Below are positions 1 to 10,795 of a stretch of 64,000 bases of DNA, one piece after another (the first letter of the stretch is position 1; each line of letters starts with the position of its first letter). This DNA is from a virus (taxonomy: Duplodnaviria; Caudoviricetes). A model generated the notes under the pieces. That model did not search any database. It was given only the letters and a program-made list of their open reading frames with translations, and was not told where the DNA came from. Position numbers and translations under genes: made by a program. Location of the stretch: IMG/VR virus record IMGVR_UViG_3300021400_000063; one strand, given 5' to 3'.

Positions 1-267
1 GGAACTTATTTGCAGCCTAATAGACTTCAGGTATATTCTGTTAAAGATTCGACTTATACAAAACTTATTTCAGATTTCCCAATTAATTCTGGTGATACTG
101 ATACTGGAAGAATGGCACCTATTAGTGAACGTTCAGTTTCTATCCTTGTAAACGATCTTCAAGATTATGATTTCATTTTAACAAAATGGGTAAATGATAC
201 AAATGGTGTTTTAACAACAACAGATATCGATGTTTATGTAATTAATCATGAACAGACTAGTCTTTAA
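1..267 (+). CDS. 3' end of a hypothetical (probably virion) protein, truncated by the window start
   Basis: Frame 1 is open from position 1 to TAA at 267; the next gene follows with a GGAGG RBS. Confidence 0.6.
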   Translation, partial: GTYLQPNRLQVYSVKDSTYTKLISDFPINSGDTDTGRMAPISERSVSILVNDLQDYDFILTKWVNDTNGVLTTTDIDVYVINHEQTSL

Positions 268-280
268 TGGAGGAAACTAA

Positions 281-2416
281 ATGGCTGATTTTGTTTATAG
301 TGAAACAATAATCAACCGTGCACCTTCTGAAAAAACTTGTTTTGATCCACAAACAGTTGTATTTGTATTTGATAAGGGTATCGCTCCGATAGCTATGTCG
401 CTCGATACCCTTTTATTAAGACAGAAACGTACTAGAACGGTAGATATTTTTAATTTCGAATATTCTGCAGATCCTGATGAAAAAGAATCGCAGATTCTTA
501 TTGGAGCCGACAAAGAAGTGATTAGCTCAATGGAAACTTATTTAGATATGGTAAAATATCTATCGTTTAAATACGGATTGAAACATGAATATTATAAGAA
601 TTTGCATGGTATCTGGATTAATATGGGAATGATAAGGCCTCAAATGGGTGTTACCAACCATGGAATTTTTACATCATTAGTTGGAAATATCGATCCTGAC
701 GATTATGTTTTAGGCAATACTACATATGAAAAAGTATGTGATAGTCTTTTATTTAATCAGGATAATCCTGTATGGAATACATTTAAAGTACAAGATATTT
801 TCGATGTTCCTGAAACAGTTTATTACGATTCTGATAATATTGAACATCATATTAAACGCGGTGACGGTCAATATAATCTTGAATCTGTTCCGTGTAAAAT
901 ATTTGAAGAATCTAATAGATGTGTAAGAAATAATGTACATAATGATTTTGGAAAATTCACATATCGTTTAGGTAATTATGAAACAAATGTATTTGCTACT
1001 GGAAACTATAGCGATAATAATCATCATATGTTTGATGATCTTGTTTTAACATTTGTTAATAGTGATAATACCCCATGTTCGGATTTAGACAATATGTTTA
1101 TTGTTTGTAATGGACTTATTGTAGATTACAAACGTTCTGAATTTTCTGAAAATCAAATATTTATTCCAAATGTAATTAAATATGCTACATATCAACAAAC
1201 ATCAATGAAAGAAGGAAAAAATCCCAATGCTTACCTATCTAAAACAGTTAATGATGCTGGTATTTGTATTTGGAATTTTAATATTCCTTATGAATCTCGT
1301 GGATATTCTTATTTCTTCGATATTAAAATTTATAAATGGGAAAATGTTATTGTTTCTCATCATCTTGCTCCTTTATCTGTTGGAAATCTTCTTAAGAGTG
1401 AACCTGCAGAACCATCAAAATCGGTTTGGCTTACAACTAGACTCAATTTTTCAAATGCTATAGATAAGAATAAAACTATTTTGATTTGTAACAATCAAAT
1501 AGTTTCTAAAACTGATTGGGATGTAGACCCATCAAAATCTAATTCTATTATTTTGAAAAATATATCAATCGAATTTGATATTTTGTATGCTGAATTATAT
1601 GCTAAATTGAAAAAATATTTGGAAATCATTATAGGTCATCGCGTAGAAACATTACCTACAGTATCAGAGTTTATTAAACCTGATAAGACTTATACTGATG
1701 AAGAATTTGTCGAATTGATGGAAGAATATCAGGAAGCAATAAAGAATTATTACGGTGTAGAAGAATTCAATTATCATTTCGTTTCATCAGCTATAAATGT
1801 TGTAAATGCTCAATTTAAAGATCGTATTTACAATATTATCCAATTTGATACTGCTACTCCAGTAAGTTATGATATTGAAGTTATTGAAAATAGAAACGAT
1901 ATATTATTCGATAAACCTGCTAAAGATTGTATGCGTAATAAACATTGGACTCCAGATGATATCTTGGTAATCAATGGAAATGTACATACTTTCGAAAATG
2001 TATATGCTGATGTATTTAAACCAGTACGTCGTTGGTATTTGAATAATATTGATGGTGTATTCGAAAATGCCGATGGGTATAAATTACAGGTCGTCAGACT
2101 TAATAAAAAATCAAGCAACTATATGAAGCTTAATTATCAGATGATGATAAATGGTCAAATCGATGGCTATAGGTATTTCACATATAATTCTGAAAAAGAT
2201 GAATATATACCTTATAATTCTGCAGTTAAAGACTTTAAAGCTAATTATATTCAAATTGATACAGCTTCTGAAGCATTTGATTCTAAGATGACTTATTTTA
2301 TAAAAATAGGAACTACTTATCAGAAAGTTGCTCCTAGTAGTTTGAATGGGTTTGATGATGGAGTCCAATATTTCAGAAAAGAATTTGTTCAAGATATTTA
2401 TGTTTTGAAAAAATAA
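281..2416 (+). CDS. hypothetical protein, probable virion (baseplate/tail) protein
   Basis: 711-aa ORF with GGAGG SD; beta-rich NG-containing segments; C-terminal Tyr-rich 'FD...TYF/QYF' repeats. Confidence 0.55.
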   Translation: MADFVYSETIINRAPSEKTCFDPQTVVFVFDKGIAPIAMSLDTLLLRQKRTRTVDIFNFEYSADPDEKESQILIGADKEVISSMETYLDMVKYLSFKYGLKHEYYKNLHGIWINMGMIRPQMGVTNHGIFTSLVGNIDPDDYVLGNTTYEKVCDSLLFNQDNPVWNTFKVQDIFDVPETVYYDSDNIEHHIKRGDGQYNLESVPCKIFEESNRCVRNNVHNDFGKFTYRLGNYETNVFATGNYSDNNHHMFDDLVLTFVNSDNTPCSDLDNMFIVCNGLIVDYKRSEFSENQIFIPNVIKYATYQQTSMKEGKNPNAYLSKTVNDAGICIWNFNIPYESRGYSYFFDIKIYKWENVIVSHHLAPLSVGNLLKSEPAEPSKSVWLTTRLNFSNAIDKNKTILICNNQIVSKTDWDVDPSKSNSIILKNISIEFDILYAELYAKLKKYLEIIIGHRVETLPTVSEFIKPDKTYTDEEFVELMEEYQEAIKNYYGVEEFNYHFVSSAINVVNAQFKDRIYNIIQFDTATPVSYDIEVIENRNDILFDKPAKDCMRNKHWTPDDILVINGNVHTFENVYADVFKPVRRWYLNNIDGVFENADGYKLQVVRLNKKSSNYMKLNYQMMINGQIDGYRYFTYNSEKDEYIPYNSAVKDFKANYIQIDTASEAFDSKMTYFIKIGTTYQKVAPSSLNGFDDGVQYFRKEFVQDIYVLKK

Positions 2417-2421
2417 AATAT

Positions 2422-2447
2422 TGTAGGTGGAGATATCTCCACCTACA
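2422..2447. terminator. perfect 26-bp palindrome between convergent genes, probable bidirectional terminator
   Basis: TGTAGGTGGAGAT|ATCTCCACCTACA between the stops at 2416 (+) and 2454 (-). Confidence 0.7.
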
Positions 2448-2453
2448 GTTTAT

Positions 2454-3230
2454 TTATACACATATTTGAATTAATGGTAGTATAAAATTTATATAATTAC
2501 TACTTTTGTCTAAAATACAATTTTCCGATTCGGTTAATGGTACATCACTATAAACCGGTCTACCATCAACAATATATTTTAACATATTTTTATTTTTAAT
2601 ATCTCTAAATATATCAATATTTGTGTTTGTAAGATATTGTAATCTTATTTGTTTTAATCTACGTAAAGTTTCAATTCTATCAACATTTACAGAATCATCG
2701 ATTATACAACAAATCTTTTTCAATACAATTTTAACGAAATCGTATTTATTTGTTTCCTCTTCTTGACCTACGCCTTTAATACGTAAACGTTTTGTTACTC
2801 TATCGAATAAAATATATTCAGTTTTAGATATATAGAATAATGATGTATAACTGATACCTTCTTTACATCTAAATGTAGCAATATTATCAAACACAGTAGT
2901 TGATGCTATTTGATTAGCAATTAATAAACTATCTGGTGTGCTTCCTAAAAAGTTTGTTTGTGAAATATTATTTACTTTTAAGAATTTGTTAAATAACTCA
3001 AGAATTTTAGTATCTATTTGCTTTCTTAATAAAGGATTTGCTTTTATTAAATTACCAATTCTTATAGTATATTCACTTTTTGGAAGTGAACTTAATGATG
3101 TAAAAGTTGGATCATTTGGATATAATAATGCTAAAACTGTTGGATGCGCTTTTCTAAGATCGTATTCTGTTATATTACTCCCTATAATTGTATTAGAAAC
3201 GTTATTATTTATAAGTCTAATTAATTCCAT
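2454..3230 (-). CDS. small DNA polymerase B palm-like protein
   Basis: 258 aa; EYDLRKAHPTVL resembles PolB motif A, GSTPDSLL resembles motif C, followed by 'IKGV'; AAGG SD on the minus strand. Confidence 0.45.
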   Translation of the reverse strand: MELIRLINNNVSNTIIGSNITEYDLRKAHPTVLALLYPNDPTFTSLSSLPKSEYTIRIGNLIKANPLLRKQIDTKILELFNKFLKVNNISQTNFLGSTPDSLLIANQIASTTVFDNIATFRCKEGISYTSLFYISKTEYILFDRVTKRLRIKGVGQEEETNKYDFVKIVLKKICCIIDDSVNVDRIETLRRLKQIRLQYLTNTNIDIFRDIKNKNMLKYIVDGRPVYSDVPLTESENCILDKSSNYINFILPLIQICV

Positions 3231-3335
3231 AATTTTACCTTTAAATCTCTTTATTCTCCTAAAAGAGTATATAAATCATTAAAAATTAATTTATATTATA
3301 ATATACTTACATTTATAAGGAGTTAAAAGATAATT

Positions 3336-4505
3336 ATGAGTGCTTATAATTCTTTTTTAATTAAACATTTTTATGATAAAAATGACAATTCAAAAGCTGC
3401 GGTTTGTAAAGTAACTGGAATTATACCTACAAAGGATAATAAAGGTGCACTTTATGTATTCAATAATGAAGCTCATGTGGCTTTAAATGATAGAGAAACA
3501 GTTAAAAATTTCTTTATCAATATTTTAAAAAACGGATACTGTAATGGAATTCCTCAGGAAATTGGTAGTGTAGACGATCGAACTATTACATCGTTTATGA
3601 TTGATTTGCGAAAAATTAATGAATATGAAAACTTTGCAAATGATGTAATTATAGCATATAATGAAGCAAAAAATTCTATTAAAGAAGAATCTAAAGCTAT
3701 TCTTGCTAAAAATTTCGAACCTGCAACTGCTGTTATTTCTATAATTAAACATGTAAAATCTGATTATTCTGAAAAACTTGGTGATGTTCAGATTATTTAT
3801 TTTGATGTCTATACATCTGGATATTGTGATGGATATCTTACAATGGTTTTGGAAGGTAAAAAATATCCATTTATAGATTTTGAAAAAATGACTGGATTCA
3901 GTACATCTGAAGATCTTAAAGTTGCAGGGAGTTTAACTAATGGAATTAATGCTGGTTTCATTAAACCTGCACCATTTACACTTGGTCCTGTCGTATTTAA
4001 CCCAATTGGTAACGATAGTGTAGATCTTGATTCTAACGGAATGATTATTAATTATATTGGTTTGCTAAGAAATAATCCTACTAATTTTAAAGAATTCCGT
4101 ATTTATGCAACTCTTAAATTCTCTCCAAAAACACAGGATGGTAAATTTATCGGAAGATCTCTAGAGGCATATGATAAATTTGTTGAATTTATTAAGCTTA
4201 CCAATGAACAATCTAAAACTGGTAAAGAACTTTCTGAAATAGTTTATCTTCCATTCTTATTCGATAGTGTAAAAATCGAAATTCAGGGAACAAATCCGGA
4301 ACATGTAAAAGCTATAGATATTGCTACAATTTTATATAAAGCATTTATCAATCTTACAATTGAAAATTTTGAAGCTTTATCTAACGATTCTATTATCGAC
4401 CCTTCAAATATTATTGTGGAATCTGATGATGTTTGTACTATAAAATTTAAAACCGAAAATAGTGTATATCTTACACCAATTTTTGAAAAAACATCTATAA
4501 AATAA
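3336..4505 (+). CDS. hypothetical protein
   Basis: 389-aa ORF, AAGGAG SD, divergent from the upstream minus-strand gene. Confidence 0.85.
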   Translation: MSAYNSFLIKHFYDKNDNSKAAVCKVTGIIPTKDNKGALYVFNNEAHVALNDRETVKNFFINILKNGYCNGIPQEIGSVDDRTITSFMIDLRKINEYENFANDVIIAYNEAKNSIKEESKAILAKNFEPATAVISIIKHVKSDYSEKLGDVQIIYFDVYTSGYCDGYLTMVLEGKKYPFIDFEKMTGFSTSEDLKVAGSLTNGINAGFIKPAPFTLGPVVFNPIGNDSVDLDSNGMIINYIGLLRNNPTNFKEFRIYATLKFSPKTQDGKFIGRSLEAYDKFVEFIKLTNEQSKTGKELSEIVYLPFLFDSVKIEIQGTNPEHVKAIDIATILYKAFINLTIENFEALSNDSIIDPSNIIVESDDVCTIKFKTENSVYLTPIFEKTSIK

Positions 4506-4573
4506 TTTGCATTTTTGTACTGAGCTAATTTATATTGGCTCAGTACAATAAATAAATATTTAAGGTTTAAAAA

Positions 4574-5323
4574 ATGAAAACTGAAGAAAAGTCATTAACT
4601 ACAATTATTGAAACTACAAATAATTTGCAAGTTCAAGTAGATGATGATGTTATTAATAAAGATCCGTTTGATCCTAAATTCCATATAACAGATTCTAATA
4701 AGTCTGAAATGATTAAGTATTTTGAAAAAGAAATACGTGATTCATTTGAATATAAATGGCTTATAGATATGTTTAAACGTGTACTCGATGTTAAATCTTG
4801 TGTATTTTTTAAAGGCTATAGTCTTGAAAATGGAATGAAATTAGAATTTCACCATCATCCGTTTACACTTTATGATTATGTAGAAGCTGTTGTTAATAAA
4901 CAAATGGATAATCATCAGGATAACTGGGTTTTAGAAAATGAAGTTGAAAAAGAAACAACATTGATTCATTATAAACTTATGGTTGGATTAGTACCTTTAA
5001 ACCCAACAGCTCATGCTCAAGTTCACGATCATGTTTTGGATATACCTCCAGAATTAATTATTGGAGATTATGATCGTTTTTATAAAGAATATGAAAAATT
5101 TATTCCTGAAACTACGAAAATTAAATTTAAAGAATATCTCGAGAATTATCCTAAAGGACATGAACTCGAATATCCTGAGAATTTTAAATATAAACCTACT
5201 ACTATTATAGCAAATAATAAAAATCTTATCACTCAAGAAAAAATAGATCAATTATTACTTGGTGATAGATTAAATAATATAAACAATGAGTTTATAACTA
5301 AATACTTAGAGGAGAATAAATAA
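4574..5323 (+). CDS. HNH-like (beta-beta-alpha-Me) protein, paralog of 15400..16134
   Basis: C..F...LEFHHHPFTLYDYV ... LVPLNPTAHAQVH. Confidence 0.55.
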   Translation: MKTEEKSLTTIIETTNNLQVQVDDDVINKDPFDPKFHITDSNKSEMIKYFEKEIRDSFEYKWLIDMFKRVLDVKSCVFFKGYSLENGMKLEFHHHPFTLYDYVEAVVNKQMDNHQDNWVLENEVEKETTLIHYKLMVGLVPLNPTAHAQVHDHVLDIPPELIIGDYDRFYKEYEKFIPETTKIKFKEYLENYPKGHELEYPENFKYKPTTIIANNKNLITQEKIDQLLLGDRLNNINNEFITKYLEENK

Positions 5324-5325
5324 TT

Positions 5326-5766
5326 ATGAAAGTATTTCTTAGAATTTTAACAGAAATTTGGCAACTTCCACAACATATCATCGCATATGTAATAATGCTT
5401 GTAAATCGTAAATCGATTAAGCCAATGGTTAGTAAAGATGGTATTCTTTATTATTTAGTAGATCATTTATTTGATTGTGGAGTTTCTTTGGGAAATTATA
5501 TTTTCTTAGATATTGATGGAAATTATGATTATATAACAGTTAGACATGAACATGGGCACCAGATTCAAAGTTTAATATTTGGTCCATTGTATTTAATATT
5601 TATCGGTTTACCATCAATTATAGGAAATATTGTAGATAGAATTAAATATAAATATTTTAAAAAATATTACGATCCTGATTTTTATTATAAACAACCTTGG
5701 GAAGCTTGGGCCAATAAATTAGGCGGAGTTATTAGAAAAACTAGTAATAATGTAAAAGGAATTTGA
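5326..5766 (+). CDS. membrane-associated HExxH (zinc metallopeptidase-like) protein
   Basis: 'WQLPQ', 'GVSLG', HEHGHQIQS, a hydrophobic segment, then 'PWEAWAN'. Confidence 0.6.
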   Translation: MKVFLRILTEIWQLPQHIIAYVIMLVNRKSIKPMVSKDGILYYLVDHLFDCGVSLGNYIFLDIDGNYDYITVRHEHGHQIQSLIFGPLYLIFIGLPSIIGNIVDRIKYKYFKKYYDPDFYYKQPWEAWANKLGGVIRKTSNNVKGI

Positions 5767-5768
5767 TT

Positions 5769-6437
5769 ATGATTACAGAATGGGATCAATATAATAATCC
5801 TAGTAAAGGAAGATACAGAGATCCTGAAATAGCATTACAGAATTTAAAAAATTCTGGAAATTGTGGTAATAAATATACACTTTCACCATTTGGTTTCATT
5901 GATGAAAAAGATAAATCTGGAAAAATTATTAAAAAGATAATTTTTCCTAAGGAATATGAAAAACGTTATTCTGAAACCGATGGTGAAAATTGGCAAGAAA
6001 TCTGTTATAATGCTTTACAATGTGCTGCTAATAGACATTTCTGGTTTTTATTAACACTTAAGCAAAAATATGATCTATGTAAGTTTCTTAAAAAACATAG
6101 AACTGATAAAATGTATAAAATGGCTAAAGCAAATTATACATTTGGAGATCTGTATTGTGATTTAGCAAGTTATCATTTTACTGAAGATAGTGATGAATTT
6201 ATTTCATACATTCTAAATGATGATGTTGAAAAAATAAAACAATATGCTTTTGCTAAATATGTTACATATGGAAAAGATTATTTTGTTTTGACTAGTATAG
6301 AAATGTGGTATGATTTTACATATGATAAAATTAAAGATAGATTAGTTATTGTTGATGTAGATGATAGACCGATTTATATACATGATGGACAGTATATAAT
6401 CAATTTTCAAGATCCATATGGACAAAAAGGGAGATAA
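5769..6437 (+). CDS. hypothetical protein
   Basis: ORF; ATG at 5769 follows an AAGGA SD. Confidence 0.75.
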   Translation: MITEWDQYNNPSKGRYRDPEIALQNLKNSGNCGNKYTLSPFGFIDEKDKSGKIIKKIIFPKEYEKRYSETDGENWQEICYNALQCAANRHFWFLLTLKQKYDLCKFLKKHRTDKMYKMAKANYTFGDLYCDLASYHFTEDSDEFISYILNDDVEKIKQYAFAKYVTYGKDYFVLTSIEMWYDFTYDKIKDRLVIVDVDDRPIYIHDGQYIINFQDPYGQKGR

Positions 6438-6439
6438 AC

Positions 6440-7273
6440 ATGACTATAACTTTAATCGATATTGTGATAATATTTGTTGTCACAATACTATTTAATTTCT
6501 TATTTGGAAATATTATAGATTCATTAAAATCTAAATTATTCCATAAAAAAGACAACTCTCCAGTTATAAGTGTAACTCCTGAAGAAAAAGAATCAGATAT
6601 GTCATTAATTTATGAAGCATTGGATATTTTTATTCTGAAAGAGTTACATAATTTTTCAACAAAAGATTTTACTTTTAGTAACGATTCAACTATAAAAGAA
6701 CTTTACAAAAACAATTACAGATCTTTGATTAATTGTTTATTAAGTCCAAATCAATTCATTGAAATTGAATTAACTACTGGAAAAGAATACAGATCATTTT
6801 TTAGTATTTTTGTTAATAAGATTTATTTAAATTATGTAGCAGAAACTTCTAAAAATATTAAATCTCTATTATTTAAGTATTATTCAGGTTATACTAAAGA
6901 AGATTATTTTAATGAAGATAAAAAAGTAAAACGTCCAGAACCATCATGTTTACCATTCATAATTAACTATGTGCGTAATTATCTATGGTGTCGATATGAG
7001 GAAAATGAAAATGCTGAACAAAAGCTTCTTGAAACAATTAGGGCTGGTCAGAATCCATTAGGAGCTGATACATATGAAAAAGCTCTTAAAAGATATGATG
7101 AAGCTTGTTGTCGAAAACTTACTTTAAATATATATCATGCTAATGATATTGTGGAAGTTTCGGCAAATAAACCTTCTACTAAGTTAGAAAGGATTAATAA
7201 TGTCGTGCCTAAAACAATAAGCGACTTTGGTCTTAAGACTACTACAGAAAAATTAAATGAAAAGAAAGAGTAG
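6440..7273 (+). CDS. hypothetical protein with N-terminal transmembrane helix
   Basis: 277 aa; hydrophobic residues 3-26; GGGAG SD. Confidence 0.8.
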   Translation: MTITLIDIVIIFVVTILFNFLFGNIIDSLKSKLFHKKDNSPVISVTPEEKESDMSLIYEALDIFILKELHNFSTKDFTFSNDSTIKELYKNNYRSLINCLLSPNQFIEIELTTGKEYRSFFSIFVNKIYLNYVAETSKNIKSLLFKYYSGYTKEDYFNEDKKVKRPEPSCLPFIINYVRNYLWCRYEENENAEQKLLETIRAGQNPLGADTYEKALKRYDEACCRKLTLNIYHANDIVEVSANKPSTKLERINNVVPKTISDFGLKTTTEKLNEKKE

Positions 7274-7286
7274 GAGGTAATTTAGA

Positions 7287-8816
7287 ATGAGTTTTCTTCT
7301 AAATACTGTTAACAAGGTGAATGATACTTTTGCAAAAGCAGGAAGTTTCAATTCTGAATTTGGTATGATGACAGGTATGACACCTATCGATATTCTGTCA
7401 TGTAACTTTGAACGTTCTTTCCTACATGATGAAACTATTCTTAATGGTGGGTTGTTTAACTTTCCATATACAGAATTAGGTTTGTCAGCATCTGGAAAAA
7501 CAACATTATGGTTGCAGTTGGTTGGTGCAGCTATCGATAACTGGTGTAAACTTTATGGACCAGTATCAGAAATGATTTTCTATAATGTAGAAGGTCATAC
7601 TACAACTAAACGTATTCAAGATGTAACTGGTTGGGATGATTGGCAGCTTCAGGAAAGATGTCGTATTATTTCTAAACCATGGTCAATCATTGAAATCTAT
7701 AATGATCTTGCCGTTTTGGCTAGAAATAAAATTGCACATAGAAAAGAATTGGAAATCAACACTGGTATAAAATCTATTACTGGTGATACAATTAAAGTAC
7801 TTCCAACAACTTATGCTCTTATCGACTCTATTGCTGCAGTTCGCTCTAAAACAGAACTTGAATTTGATAAAGAAGGAAATATTAAGAGTACAGATACAAT
7901 TGCAGGTACATCTAATATGGATGCTATGCAGATTGCTAAAGATAACACAATGTTTATTAATGAAGTTAAGAAACTTTGTGAGGAGGCAAAGATCTGTCTC
8001 ATAATGATTAACCATCTTGTAGAAATTCCAGTTCTTGATCGTTATAACCCACCAAAGCCACAGCTTCCTGGTATGAAATATAATCAGAAAGTTAAGGGTG
8101 GTACAGAATTACTTTATCAGTCATTCTGCGTTGGTCAGCTCTCAGTTAAAGAAAGATTATTTAATGAAAAAACAAAGATCTTTGGAGATGCTGTTCATGG
8201 TATCATTGCATTTATGGATTGGCTTAAAAATAAGAATGGTCCAGAAGGCGTAAGATATCCAATGGTATTTGATTCTGCTACAGGATACAAACCAGAACTT
8301 ACAGACTTTGAAATTCTTTATGAAGAAGGTCAGTGGGGTATTTCTGGTAATCCTATGGGTATGTATCTTGACATTCTTCCAGAAATCAAGTTTACACGTA
8401 AAACTCTTATGGATTTGTGTCATAAAGATCCAATTCTTGCAAGAGCTCTTAGCTTTACAACCCGTTTGTATCTGATAAGTAAAGTATTACTTCATCAGTT
8501 ACCTCCAGATATTAAAGCTCTTGGTGAACTTGATTTTGAAACACGTATCTATTTGATTCTCCATTATTCTATGGATTATCCAGGATACGAAAATCATGGT
8601 TGGATTGTTGATAGTGAATATTTTGAAATTCATGATATGGTAGCTAATGGTTTCGAAAGAGTTGAGAGATATACAAATACTCTTGGTGAAGACGAAATTG
8701 TGATGCTTACTGAATTCGACGAACCATATATTGATAACAAAGTGGAAATACCAGTTTATTCAACTAATGAAATAAAAGTTGGTGAAACCGAATATCTCTG
8801 TGGCGATAACTGGTAA
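7287..8816 (+). CDS. recA: RecA/UvsX-family recombinase
   Basis: Walker A GLSASGKTT, NVEG (catalytic Glu), Walker B LIDSIA, 'INH', 'KGG', 'KNKNG'; C-terminal extension. Confidence 0.85.
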   Translation: MSFLLNTVNKVNDTFAKAGSFNSEFGMMTGMTPIDILSCNFERSFLHDETILNGGLFNFPYTELGLSASGKTTLWLQLVGAAIDNWCKLYGPVSEMIFYNVEGHTTTKRIQDVTGWDDWQLQERCRIISKPWSIIEIYNDLAVLARNKIAHRKELEINTGIKSITGDTIKVLPTTYALIDSIAAVRSKTELEFDKEGNIKSTDTIAGTSNMDAMQIAKDNTMFINEVKKLCEEAKICLIMINHLVEIPVLDRYNPPKPQLPGMKYNQKVKGGTELLYQSFCVGQLSVKERLFNEKTKIFGDAVHGIIAFMDWLKNKNGPEGVRYPMVFDSATGYKPELTDFEILYEEGQWGISGNPMGMYLDILPEIKFTRKTLMDLCHKDPILARALSFTTRLYLISKVLLHQLPPDIKALGELDFETRIYLILHYSMDYPGYENHGWIVDSEYFEIHDMVANGFERVERYTNTLGEDEIVMLTEFDEPYIDNKVEIPVYSTNEIKVGETEYLCGDNW

Positions 8817-8835
8817 TCAAATTATCAATTTATAC

Positions 8836-8865
8836 AAAGGGAGTATCTCACTCCCTTTATTTTTT
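8836..8865 (+). terminator. intrinsic terminator
   Basis: AAAGGGAGT-atctc-ACTCCCTTT followed by a T-tract. Confidence 0.7.
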
Positions 8866-8884
8866 AAGTGGATATTATACAAAT

Positions 8885-9847
8885 ATGCATAAATATGATA
8901 ATGAATGTTTAGCTAATTCAATACAATTATTTATAAAACTTAATAATGGTAAACCTTTTGTTTCATTTGTATTTTGTTGTGAACTACAAATAGAATTAAT
9001 TAGATATCCATTGAATAAAGTTTGTAAAGATTTTGATAAATATTTTTTACAATGTGTTAATATATTGAATAAAGGAAAATTTTGTTCAAAATGTAATCAT
9101 TATAGTAAATATGACATGTCCGATCCTAAAGAATACATTGTAACAAATGGTACAAATTTTATTTGTACTCAAAAATGTACATTTTGTGGTTCATGTGATA
9201 ATGTTTCTAATCCTGAAGAATATACACGATATTCGAATAAATTACTAAATGCTATATCGAAAACAAAACATGTATTTAAAGTAGTCCCATCTTGTCAAGG
9301 TGAACCATTTGAAGATAAATATATTCGTAATGAATTTTTATTCAATTTACATAATTCGAATATCAGATATATTAGATTCTTAACTAATGCGGCACATGCA
9401 ACAAAAAGTTACATCGATAAACTTTCTAAATATTTTAAAGAAAATGGAATTGAATGTTCATTTTTAATAAATTGTGCAGGTTTTAATAAAGAAACTTATG
9501 AATCATATTGTACAAGTAAATTTGATTTTGTTAAAAATAATATCGAGAATTTATCAAATGTATTTGGTAAAGAAAATATAACTATTCTTTACATCATTAG
9601 TAAACATAATTATAAAATTAAAAAACCCGATGTTATAAAACAATTTAAAGAATCTTTTCCGTATTTAGATCCTTATAAGAATTTACAAATTATTATGGAT
9701 TGGAAAAGTTGGACTGATGAAGAACGTTTAAAATATAATGCAGAATTTAGAGACGAACCGGATAACTCTGAAGCTTATAACTTAAAACCATTGATAATAA
9801 ATAGTTATCAATTTAATATAAGAACACCATCACCTGTTGAGGAATAA
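8885..9847 (+). CDS. radical SAM protein (paralog 1)
   Basis: CTQKCTFC (CxxxCxxC), GEPF, LTNA, 'KETYE'. Confidence 0.85.
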   Translation: MHKYDNECLANSIQLFIKLNNGKPFVSFVFCCELQIELIRYPLNKVCKDFDKYFLQCVNILNKGKFCSKCNHYSKYDMSDPKEYIVTNGTNFICTQKCTFCGSCDNVSNPEEYTRYSNKLLNAISKTKHVFKVVPSCQGEPFEDKYIRNEFLFNLHNSNIRYIRFLTNAAHATKSYIDKLSKYFKENGIECSFLINCAGFNKETYESYCTSKFDFVKNNIENLSNVFGKENITILYIISKHNYKIKKPDVIKQFKESFPYLDPYKNLQIIMDWKSWTDEERLKYNAEFRDEPDNSEAYNLKPLIINSYQFNIRTPSPVEE

Positions 9848-9850
9848 AAT

Positions 9851-10795
9851 ATGGAATATAATACTAAATTTAATTGTTACGGTCAAGTTATTGAGATCGA
9901 TTTTTTTACTAAAAATGATGAATTGTATATATTGTTCGATTTTTGTTGTAGATTGCAACGTAGATTGTTAATCTATCCAATTGATGAAGTTTGTAAAGAT
10001 TTCGATAAATATTATTTAAAAGCATTAAACATCGTAAAAGAAAAAAAAATATGTGAAAGATGTGAGATATATAATGGATTTAAATTGGATGATTATGTAG
10101 GTCTTAATTATGGATTAAATCTTGTTTGTTCACATAATTGTATATTTTGTGCTGCTAAAAGTCAACAAAATGAATTAAAAAATAAATTAAAGTTGTGTAA
10201 TAAATATAGTGAACAAGTTTTAAAAGCTATATTAAAAACTAAAGTTGTAAAAAGAATTTCACCATCTTGTCGAGGTGAACCATTTGAAAATCCATACATT
10301 CGTGATATTTTTTTATTTAATATTCATAAAACATCTATAAACAGTGTTACATTTTTAACAAATGGAATTAAATTAACAGATGTGAATTATTTAAATAAAT
10401 TACATGAATATTTTAATAAGCATAATATAGAATACACATTTATTATTAATTTATCAGGTTTTGATAAAGAAACTTATGAATCTTATTGTTCTGGAAAATT
10501 CGAAGTTATTAAACAAAATATAAAAACATTGGTTTCTGTATTTGGTAATGAACGAATTTTTGTTCATTATATTATAAGTGATTATAACAAACATTTATCT
10601 AAATCATTTGTAGATCAACAATTTAAACTTAATTTTCCAGATATTCCTATTCAACATTTAGAGTATATTATAGATTTTGTTTTAAGATGGGATGATACCG
10701 GTATGGATAAAGTAAAGAAAGAATATTTGACGGATGAATTATCAATATTTGATAATGCACCTATACCTATATCTATAAAAAATATAAATAATTAA
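9851..10795 (+). CDS. radical SAM protein (paralog 2)
   Basis: CSHNCIFC, GEPF, LTNG, 'KETYESYC' shared with paralog 1. Confidence 0.85.
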   Translation: MEYNTKFNCYGQVIEIDFFTKNDELYILFDFCCRLQRRLLIYPIDEVCKDFDKYYLKALNIVKEKKICERCEIYNGFKLDDYVGLNYGLNLVCSHNCIFCAAKSQQNELKNKLKLCNKYSEQVLKAILKTKVVKRISPSCRGEPFENPYIRDIFLFNIHKTSINSVTFLTNGIKLTDVNYLNKLHEYFNKHNIEYTFIINLSGFDKETYESYCSGKFEVIKQNIKTLVSVFGNERIFVHYIISDYNKHLSKSFVDQQFKLNFPDIPIQHLEYIIDFVLRWDDTGMDKVKKEYLTDELSIFDNAPIPISIKNINN

